A stretch of DNA of 64,000 nucleotides from positions 5,250 through 69,249 of the forward strand of contig JAYTHY010000046.1 in NCBI GenBank assembly GCA_043732185.1, in the 5' to 3' direction. The notes beneath the pieces were generated by a model that had not been told where the DNA came from, ran no database searches, and saw only the letters and a list, made by a program, of their open reading frames with translations. Positions 57,034 through 64,000 of this stretch are shown piece by piece; positions within the stretch are counted from its first letter, which is position 1; each line of letters starts with the position of its first letter. Made by a program: the position numbers and the translations under genes. Source of the DNA: Fibrobacteria bacterium. GTDB lineage: Bacteria > Fibrobacterota > Fibrobacteria > UBA11236.

Positions 57034-58434
57034 ATGCAAACTGAAGAAGAATCGGAAAACGCCCAGAACCAGGACATGCTCTCCAAGGAATTGGTGATGA
57101 GTTCATTGGTTCATGAAGTAACCCGGGTACTCAGCTCCGCGGCCACCTTGAATCAAGCCTTGGATGCTTTTCTGCTGGGCATCATGGAATTGACCGGGGT
57201 CCAAAATATGGCCCTGTTTGTGGTCCGGGAAGGACAATCCGATCTCATCTCTACCCATTCCTTAGGTTTGCCGGAAGCCGTTTTAGAGGGCCTGAATCCC
57301 CTGCCAAAAGCTGGCCCGATTCAAGACTGCCTCTCCTCCTTAAGACATATTCTTGTCGACGCCCTACCCGACCACGATCCATTTAAATGTACCGATGCGG
57401 GCAGCTATCTCTTGATGCCGGTAACCGCGCGCTTGGCGGAATCCGATCCGGAAAAGCCTTCGCAGATTCGTTCACTGGGAGTTCTATGGCTGGATACCAC
57501 GCCACCTGGACCGGAACTTACTGGACAAACCATATCCCACCTTTCCGGCCTCACTCAACAAGCCGGATTGATCATGGAAACCTTCCGCGCCCAGCGGGAA
57601 CTGGCTACGGCCAATGTTGAACTCAAAACCATCAACACCAAACTCAATGAAGCGTACGTCGCCTTAAGCAAAGCCCAAAAGATGATCGACGAAGATTTGG
57701 ACCGTGCCCGAATCATCCAGAATAATTTGTTGCCTTCTTTCTTTCCCAATCATTTGATCCGCCGCATCGCCTTCCGCTACATTCCCGCGGGCATGGTAGG
57801 TGGCGACTATTACGATTGCTTTGAACTCGATGCCAATAGGCTTGGCATTGTGATAGCAGACGTCTCTGGGCATGGTATTGGCGCTGCCCTAGTCATGTCC
57901 ATGTTCAAGGTGCTGCTGCGTACTTTTTCCGCAGAGGATCCGTCGCCTTGTTCGGTACTCAATCGCATCAACGCAACCTTTATGCAACAGCAATTGGGCT
58001 CCGCCAAGTTCGTCACAGCATTCTATGCCATATTCGACAAACCCGCCCGAACATTCACGTTTTGCAATGCCGGTCATGTGGCTCAATTGTTAAGGCATGA
58101 TGCCGGACTTGGGCCCCCTTGCATGATGGAACTGGCATCCAGCGGATTGGTGCTAGGCATGTTTGCAGACACTTTTCTGCAGGATGCCACTGTTGAACTG
58201 GCCCCCAAGGCGCGGGTTTTTCTTTTCACGGATGGAATCACCGAGGCGCATGGTGTGAATGGAAAAATGTTCGGGCTTGAGCCTTTAATGGAGTTGGTAC
58301 TCGGATCCAATGGAGAACATCCGGCGGCTCTGATCGATTCTTTGATGCAAACGCGGGCAGATTTTCTTGGCGGCTCGGAGCAGGCATCAGGTGAATTGGC
58401 GGACGACGCCACCCTTGTTATCCTTGACTTGTGA
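57034..58434 (+). CDS. PP2C-family Ser/Thr phosphatase (SpoIIE/RsbU-type) with N-terminal GAF-like sensor domain
   Basis: C-terminal PPM motifs (GGDYYDCF, IADVSGHGIGAALVMS, FTDGITEA, DDATLV). Confidence 0.8.
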   Translation: MQTEEESENAQNQDMLSKELVMSSLVHEVTRVLSSAATLNQALDAFLLGIMELTGVQNMALFVVREGQSDLISTHSLGLPEAVLEGLNPLPKAGPIQDCLSSLRHILVDALPDHDPFKCTDAGSYLLMPVTARLAESDPEKPSQIRSLGVLWLDTTPPGPELTGQTISHLSGLTQQAGLIMETFRAQRELATANVELKTINTKLNEAYVALSKAQKMIDEDLDRARIIQNNLLPSFFPNHLIRRIAFRYIPAGMVGGDYYDCFELDANRLGIVIADVSGHGIGAALVMSMFKVLLRTFSAEDPSPCSVLNRINATFMQQQLGSAKFVTAFYAIFDKPARTFTFCNAGHVAQLLRHDAGLGPPCMMELASSGLVLGMFADTFLQDATVELAPKARVFLFTDGITEAHGVNGKMFGLEPLMELVLGSNGEHPAALIDSLMQTRADFLGGSEQASGELADDATLVILDL

Positions 58435-59195
58435 GTCCAACCCAACCCATTATTCTCAAGCCTTTTCCGGAATGGGAAAATCGGTTCCGGGCGGGATTTA
58501 CCACTCGATTAGGCGGATTCAGTTCGGGCCGTTATGCCGGACTCAATCTTGGCTATCGTTGCGGGGATGATTTCCACACGGCAAATAAAAATTGGGATGC
58601 CGTACGATTGGAATCCGGCTTGATGGGGAAACCCCTCATGCTACCTCAGCTGGTGCATGGAGACGTCATGGCAGATGCGGATTTGACCACAACTACCGAT
58701 GAACCCATTGCGCCTTTAATCGCCGATGCCATTTACAGTCGGTCGCGTGCTGCCATTTTGGCCGTAACCATGGCGGACTGCCTAACCGCATTGATTTGTG
58801 ATCCAGAGTCTGGAACCATCGCAGCCGTGCACGCGGGTTGGCGGGGAACAAACTTGGGTATCTTAGGAAAATCGCTGCACACCCTGACTGTCAAAGGTGT
58901 TATTGTACCAGGAAATACCTGGGTGGCTTTCGGACCTTGCCTTAGGCCACAATCCATGGAAATTGGAACCGAAGTGGCTAACCAACTGGACCCTCAATTT
59001 GTGATCCAGCGAGAAAATAAGATCTATTTCGATTTGCCCGGATGCAATCAAGCGCAAGCCTTGCAGGCTGGCATTCTCCCCGAACATTTGCGGGACCTTG
59101 GGGGTGATACGCTGCAGGAGCCTGGACGTTTTTTTTCTTTCCGACGCGAGGGGCAGGCTTCCGGACGCATGGCCGCCTTTATTTCCCTAGTTTAA
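58431..59195 (+). CDS. pgeF: YfiH/PgeF (DUF152) family purine-nucleoside-phosphorylase/laccase-domain protein
   Basis: Conserved H...C...H pattern (QLVHGDVM, MADCLTALI, AVHAGWRG). 4-nt overlap with the upstream gene. Confidence 0.8.
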   Translation: MSPTQPIILKPFPEWENRFRAGFTTRLGGFSSGRYAGLNLGYRCGDDFHTANKNWDAVRLESGLMGKPLMLPQLVHGDVMADADLTTTTDEPIAPLIADAIYSRSRAAILAVTMADCLTALICDPESGTIAAVHAGWRGTNLGILGKSLHTLTVKGVIVPGNTWVAFGPCLRPQSMEIGTEVANQLDPQFVIQRENKIYFDLPGCNQAQALQAGILPEHLRDLGGDTLQEPGRFFSFRREGQASGRMAAFISLV

Positions 59196-59275
59196 TTAGC
59201 CCCTAACCTCAAATTATTGCAAATTAAGTCTGGAATACTTATTCTATTCTCGATAGTACACCCCCTGGAGAAAAC

Positions 59276-60028
59276 ATGAAAACAGCGTTGATCCGAACCC
59301 TAACTTTTTCCGCTCTTGCAGTGGTTTATTCACATGCCATTTTCGGTATCGGCGGGCAATGGGCCCCGGCTCCAAGCCTAGAGGTCAAAGCGAGCAAGGA
59401 TGTAGTTGCTGGTTCGGGTGCAACAGCGATTTCCTTGGACCAGGCCAAAGTATCTGGGCTACAGGGATTTGGGCTTAAACTTTGGGTTGATGCTCTCCCC
59501 TTTATCGACATTGAAGGTGGTAGCAATGTCCAATGGGGATATTATGATCTGTCCATACTCAGTCCAGCAGATACCGTTCCCGTCAAGTTTGACCTAAATG
59601 TGCCAGGCGTGCAAGGCAAGCCTGCCTTTGCCCGCATCGTCAGTGATGTGACTATTCTTTACCCTTTCCTAAAACTGCCTCCATTGGTGTCGATTCTAAA
59701 GCTATACGCAGGCGCAGGCCTTACGCATGTACTGGCTACTGAAGTGCTGAATGCTGAGTTCGGTAAAAAAGCGGTAGACAAGGCCTTGGCAAGCGGCAAG
59801 CCAGCCGGCACTGCTCAAGAAGTTTCAACCATTTTGGCAAAATCAATTACCGATGAAGGCCTCAAAAGTGGGATTGGATTCCATCTTGAATTTGGAGCCA
59901 AGGCCAAGGTTCCCGTCATTCCCATCGCAGTCTTCGCGGATGTCAAATACCATTTCCTGAACAGCATGCCCAAAGCAGCTGATAGCAATAGCATGACTTA
60001 TGAACTCGGCGCAGCCTTAGCTTTTTAA
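59276..60028 (+). CDS. hypothetical outer-membrane beta-barrel protein
   Basis: Signal peptide. Alternating amphipathic strands. C-terminal aromatic residue (..GAALAF). Confidence 0.45.
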   Translation: MKTALIRTLTFSALAVVYSHAIFGIGGQWAPAPSLEVKASKDVVAGSGATAISLDQAKVSGLQGFGLKLWVDALPFIDIEGGSNVQWGYYDLSILSPADTVPVKFDLNVPGVQGKPAFARIVSDVTILYPFLKLPPLVSILKLYAGAGLTHVLATEVLNAEFGKKAVDKALASGKPAGTAQEVSTILAKSITDEGLKSGIGFHLEFGAKAKVPVIPIAVFADVKYHFLNSMPKAADSNSMTYELGAALAF

Positions 60029-60114
60029 ACCCATCTGAATTGAACGCTATGATAAGGGAAACCGGCTTAACCTTCAGGTAGCCGTATAGCCAGGTAGCCG
60101 GTGCTTGAATGTAA

Positions 60115-61263
60115 TCAGGTAGCCGGTGCCTGCACTTCGATTTGCCGAGCCATTAAGACATGCGCGGGGAGGAGATTGGCCTTCCCCTTTTGACGCAGGG
60201 CCCCGATCACTTCATCCAACATTTCTTGCGTGCACAGATGCCGCCCCAGTTGCTTTGGGGTCTTTCCCCATAGGCTGATGCGAGGCTGCTCGTTCCAAAT
60301 ACTTTCCAACACCCATTCCAACTCTGGAATGGCGATCGTTGCCGTAGCCAAGTCCTGGGCCATACGGGTAAGTAGACAGGAGCTTAATTCCCATTCGTGT
60401 AGGAGGGCTGGAAAAGACCAAGACCCTTCCAATTCCTTGCCGATAAATTCTTCCCATCTAACCAGGGCTTGCAAATAATTTTCACTCGGTATGGGCATAT
60501 CCACGCAGAAATCCATCCAATGCGCATGAGACCAAATTTTCTTCTCGAGAGAAAATGCGGATAATCCATTTGGGCTCAGACGGAGACAGGTCAGACTCCT
60601 AGACCGGAGTTCATTGCCAGTGTAGTACGTGGGTGCGGTGAGCAGCACGGCTTCAGCGACATTTACATTGATGGACCGCAAGGGTGTGCGAAACACCTGC
60701 ATAAAACAGGCATCCTTGGAAGGTTTTAGCGGCGAGATCCACCAAGGCAAATGGTCATTTGGGCTGTAGAGAATTTCCTTGCCCGTTCCCAAATCGCGGC
60801 CGTAAAACCGAACGCCGTCATCGTGCATACCCATAAATTCTACCAGCGCGGTTTCAGCCTCTCCCAGACGCAATGCCAACACCTCTTCCAGCTGGGTATT
60901 GAACTCGGTTTCCTTTAGAAAAATCTCATGGATACTGCCGTCATTCTGTGGGACATCGAGCAGGTAGTAGGCCAAAAAGCGGCCGAAGGTTGCGGGATAA
61001 TCGCTGCTTGGATAAGACCAGTGGTAGCCGCGACTGTTGATGGGCCCAAGGAAAGCCGCCAGGTGTTTCTTTTCCTCAAAACGCTCTGGTTGGGACATGG
61101 CAAAAGTACAGAGCTTCTGCCATTCCAATCCGATCAAATTGGCTTGCTGGGATACTGGGAATTTATATTTCCGCTTCACAACGTCATCCTCATTCCCAGA
61201 GAGTGCAACCTGCACCGTTTCGGGTCTCTGATGAGAATACGGGGTGGCCGCCAAAACCGGCAA
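60115..61263 (-). CDS. hypothetical protein
   Basis: 382-aa ORF. No recognisable motif. Confidence 0.4.
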   Translation of the reverse strand: MPVLAATPYSHQRPETVQVALSGNEDDVVKRKYKFPVSQQANLIGLEWQKLCTFAMSQPERFEEKKHLAAFLGPINSRGYHWSYPSSDYPATFGRFLAYYLLDVPQNDGSIHEIFLKETEFNTQLEEVLALRLGEAETALVEFMGMHDDGVRFYGRDLGTGKEILYSPNDHLPWWISPLKPSKDACFMQVFRTPLRSINVNVAEAVLLTAPTYYTGNELRSRSLTCLRLSPNGLSAFSLEKKIWSHAHWMDFCVDMPIPSENYLQALVRWEEFIGKELEGSWSFPALLHEWELSSCLLTRMAQDLATATIAIPELEWVLESIWNEQPRISLWGKTPKQLGRHLCTQEMLDEVIGALRQKGKANLLPAHVLMARQIEVQAPAT

Positions 61264-61348
61264 GTTTAACAGTTAAGCATTATGAGCGAATTCGTTGCAA
61301 TTCCCGTTTTATCGGGAAGGAGAAACTAAAAAAACCCAATCCGGGAAT

Positions 61349-62818
61349 TCAGGGGAGATAGGAGTTGTAGTTGATCCGCTCCACACCGGCATCCGTGCCG
61401 ATCCAGAGTTTTCCAGCTGCTACGGAAAAGTTCAACACTTTAGAGCCGGGAATGCCATCCTGAAGTCGGAAATCGGTCCATAGTTTTTTTTGCAAATCAT
61501 ATACGGTAACGCCGGTATAGAAGGCCACAAACAATAAGTCGCCTTCGAATCGGATGCGGAAGGCTTGGTCGCGCTCAAGTAACACTTTGACCGGCTGCTT
61601 CTTGGCTTTAACCATAATGCGATTGCCGTTGATCCAGTACAAACTGGTGTCGTGATAGGCCACGGAAGGGACCGTGACCAAGGTTGCTTCCGGAACATCT
61701 TTTCCTGACACGGACTTTAGGTCTTTCCACCCACTGGCTTGATGGACAAAGAGACCCAAGCGTGTGGCCGCCCACAAATCCCGATCTTTGGAAACTAAAT
61801 CGTACACTGGCAGGCCACCTTGGTTAAGCGATTCCATTGCTTGGAAATCTCCCTGCGGATCGGTTAAATAGGCAACACCTGTTTCCGAGGCCGCGTACAG
61901 GCTTCCATCATGCACATGTAAGGAGTTGACACGCACATTTGTACCGCCCATAAAATTTTGCAACATCCGAAACTGTCCCGTTACCGGATCATGGCGGACA
62001 ACGCCTTTTTCAGTTGCCAACCAAATAAAACCCTTCCATTCCTTTATATCGTGGATGCAGCCATCCCCAAATCCCGTTTCCATCTGCGCTGGAAAAACTT
62101 TCCATCCCGTAAGGTCGGATTTGGCTGTCACTAAGGATCCATTGCTGGAACCGCCGAGACCTGACGCTGCCGATAAATCGGTGCGGCAAGCGCCAAACCA
62201 AACATTGCCCCCTTGTTGATACACAACCTGCGCGGCCGGATCCTCAAGCCCAAACCAGAAAGAGGAAACAGACTTGCGACGTATAGAGCCATAGAACGGT
62301 CCCAAGCCGGAAGTCAAAACCCAAAGGTTGTCATAGTCGAATACGGCAGCTTTTGAAACAGGGGCCCGGCGCATGTATTTGTCGCGGATGGCATCGCCCA
62401 GGAAAAAATTATTGCCATCCATTGTCAGGCCATTTAAATCTGGTACGGTGCCCGAACCATCGGCGGCGATGAAATCTTCATGCGACGCATCAGTAAGCCG
62501 GCGAAAGGTGGAGTTGTATTCCAGCACTCGCCCACCTTCAATTTGCAAGTACACCTTGGAACGGTTTTGGGAATAACGAATGGATGAGATGGGAAGACCT
62601 GGGGCGAGATTGTCCACCCAAGTCGAACGGCGATAATCGTACATGAGCACACCGCTTTCGGTGAGCATGTAGGCGTTTTTGGAATCGCCAACAATCTGGG
62701 TTGGTTTTTTGTGGGTTGAGAAGAAGAAAAGATCCTGGGTTTGTAGATTTGCCGAATGCAGGGGCAAACTAAGGGCCAGCGCCAATACGACCGTAGTGCA
62801 GGCTATGCGAATATTCAT
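61349..62818 (-). CDS. secreted beta-propeller repeat protein (Reg_prop-like blades)
   Basis: Signal peptide MNIRIACTTVVLALALSLPLHSA. Blades such as NVWFGACRTDL, FIWLATEKGVVRH, SLYAASETGVAYL, DLWAATRLGLFVH, KLWIGTDAGVERI. Confidence 0.55.
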   Translation of the reverse strand: MNIRIACTTVVLALALSLPLHSANLQTQDLFFFSTHKKPTQIVGDSKNAYMLTESGVLMYDYRRSTWVDNLAPGLPISSIRYSQNRSKVYLQIEGGRVLEYNSTFRRLTDASHEDFIAADGSGTVPDLNGLTMDGNNFFLGDAIRDKYMRRAPVSKAAVFDYDNLWVLTSGLGPFYGSIRRKSVSSFWFGLEDPAAQVVYQQGGNVWFGACRTDLSAASGLGGSSNGSLVTAKSDLTGWKVFPAQMETGFGDGCIHDIKEWKGFIWLATEKGVVRHDPVTGQFRMLQNFMGGTNVRVNSLHVHDGSLYAASETGVAYLTDPQGDFQAMESLNQGGLPVYDLVSKDRDLWAATRLGLFVHQASGWKDLKSVSGKDVPEATLVTVPSVAYHDTSLYWINGNRIMVKAKKQPVKVLLERDQAFRIRFEGDLLFVAFYTGVTVYDLQKKLWTDFRLQDGIPGSKVLNFSVAAGKLWIGTDAGVERINYNSYLP

Positions 62819-63698
62819 CAAGTATGGCTTGTAAATCAAATCCGTTAAACCTCTGACCTAGAAGATCCATATCCTGGCGCAATTTGGCAAGTTCCCGGGG
62901 ATCTTCGATGAGTAGCAGCCTCAATGCCTGGGCACGTAGGCCCGGAATATTCAAACCTAACTCGCCATAAATGGCAACCGCGCGGGAATTGGACTCCTGG
63001 GCGGCTTCACGCTGACCCAATGAAAACAGACATATAGCTTGCTGATTGAGGCAGGCGGCTACTTTGGCTAAGCGACCTTGATCGCGATAATAGATAATTG
63101 CTTGTTGCCAAAAGGGCTCAGCTACACTGAACTCCTTCCGTGCCATCGCCGCCATGGCCTGCAAACCGGACGTGCGACCTTGATCCAACCTGCCCAGGTG
63201 CTTTGCAAATGCCTCGAACTCCTGCGACCATTCACTGGGATCTCGGGATTGAATGAGGTAGCGCAGTCGGTCCAACTGCATCACCCGCTCTTTGTCGTTT
63301 TCACCCTTGGCCAGCTGCAAGGAAGAATCAACCAGTAAGAGCGCCTGCGGAAATTTTCGTTCCTGATAAGCAAGCTGCGATCGCTTCCATATGATAAGCG
63401 ATCGTAGAGAATTATCCCGTGTGGACAATCCTTCCAGAAGTCTGCCAGCTTCTCCATAATCCATTGCTTCCAGTTCTACGTCAGCAAGATTGATGGTTGC
63501 CTTGGCGATCCAATCCTCTTTGCCTTTAAGCACGGCATCCTGAAGCGCCTTATTAAAAAACAACCGCGCCAAATCGTATTTGCCCGCAGCGTAAGCCGCC
63601 ATTCCCCGTTCGGCGTATTTTGGCGAATCATCTGCCTGAGACCTTGTCGCACAAATAAGAAGAATACTTAACGCAAAACCGAAAACTAAGCGCTGCAT
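62769..63698 (-). CDS. TPR-repeat lipoprotein
   Basis: Lipobox LLICATRS. Multiple TPR-like helices. Confidence 0.55.
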   Translation of the reverse strand: MQRLVFGFALSILLICATRSQADDSPKYAERGMAAYAAGKYDLARLFFNKALQDAVLKGKEDWIAKATINLADVELEAMDYGEAGRLLEGLSTRDNSLRSLIIWKRSQLAYQERKFPQALLLVDSSLQLAKGENDKERVMQLDRLRYLIQSRDPSEWSQEFEAFAKHLGRLDQGRTSGLQAMAAMARKEFSVAEPFWQQAIIYYRDQGRLAKVAACLNQQAICLFSLGQREAAQESNSRAVAIYGELGLNIPGLRAQALRLLLIEDPRELAKLRQDMDLLGQRFNGFDLQAILDEYSHSLHYGRIGAGP

Positions 63699-64000
63699 CT
63701 AAGGACCCGTTTCATTCAGTAATACGGGGTATTCGCCTTGCTTGGCCATCTTCCCCCGGATAAACCAAAGATGGGAAACCGCGTCCATCAAATCACCGGC
63801 CTGATCGAGTTTGCCCGCCCCTTGAAGCATAATTTGATCCATGCGTCTTAAAATGGTTTCACTTTGATCGGCCAACAAATTGGCATGCACGCTGAGCTTT
63901 TCAACTTGATCGGCCGTACGCACCAGACGACTGGAAGTGGTGTCTGCGCGGGACAAAAAGCCTCCCAAGCTAGAGTGGATGGTATCTGTCAACAACTGGA
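63699..64000 (-). CDS. hypothetical protein, probably 5'-truncated at window edge
   Basis: The frame stays open to the window end. Confidence 0.3.
   Translation of the reverse strand, partial: QLLTDTIHSSLGGFLSRADTTSSRLVRTADQVEKLSVHANLLADQSETILRRMDQIMLQGAGKLDQAGDLMDAVSHLWFIRGKMAKQGEYPVLLNETGP

Overview
This 64 kb window looks like a chromosomal segment from a roughly 50% GC Gram-negative bacterium. One ORF matches a paralogous family that is, as far as I recall, largely restricted to Fibrobacter (TIGR02147), and lipoproteins are abundant, so a Fibrobacteres-like origin is plausible. That assignment is inference only.

Most of the window is conserved housekeeping, densely packed on both strands:
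- recombination and repair: cinA-recA, uvrB, mutY
- translation: rplU-rpmA, four tRNA genes (Gly-CCC, Val-TAC, Asp-GTC) plus one tRNA-Lys-like 3' fragment
- metabolism: ndk, glgB, a glycerophospholipid-turnover group (SanA, DAG-kinase-like, GDPD, G3P dehydrogenase)
- other conserved genes: phoH, yicC, pgeF/yfiH, a Ser/Thr kinase, a PP2C phosphatase, an AsmA-family protein and an MBOAT acyltransferase.

The stretch from about 2.1 to 18.7 kb looks accessory and is the most interesting part. It starts with a CzcCBA/CusCBA-type heavy-metal RND efflux operon. Behind it sits a compact block of almost exclusively exported proteins: a His/Met-containing periplasmic protein, a YVTN beta-propeller lipoprotein, two diverged tandem paralogs of a roughly 390-aa multicopper-oxidase-like lipoprotein, a PII-like protein and a stand-alone two-component-regulator-type (Reg_prop) propeller between the two paralogs, and a CPM-motif lipoprotein. 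I interpret this as a possibly undescribed periplasmic copper/metal-handling module.

Next comes a pair of ORFs in the same reading frame separated by a single TAA codon. The first is a TIGR02147-like N-terminal fragment. The second has a helix-hairpin-helix region and a PD-(D/E)xK restriction-endonuclease-like C-terminus. The accessory stretch ends at a tRNA-Lys-like 3' half-fragment and a tRNA-Gly. Each of these is followed by a hairpin and a duplicated 54-nt motif that carries tandem GTGTCCAC octamers.

Further on there is a 1727-aa lipoprotein with about 10 tandem copies of a 13-aa Cys/Pro repeat (PVCDPTKGPCGPA), encoded by 39-bp DNA repeats, and a 909-aa lipoprotein with a non-catalytic FGE/SUMF1-like domain. 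I recognised no integrase, transposase, CRISPR array or rRNA.
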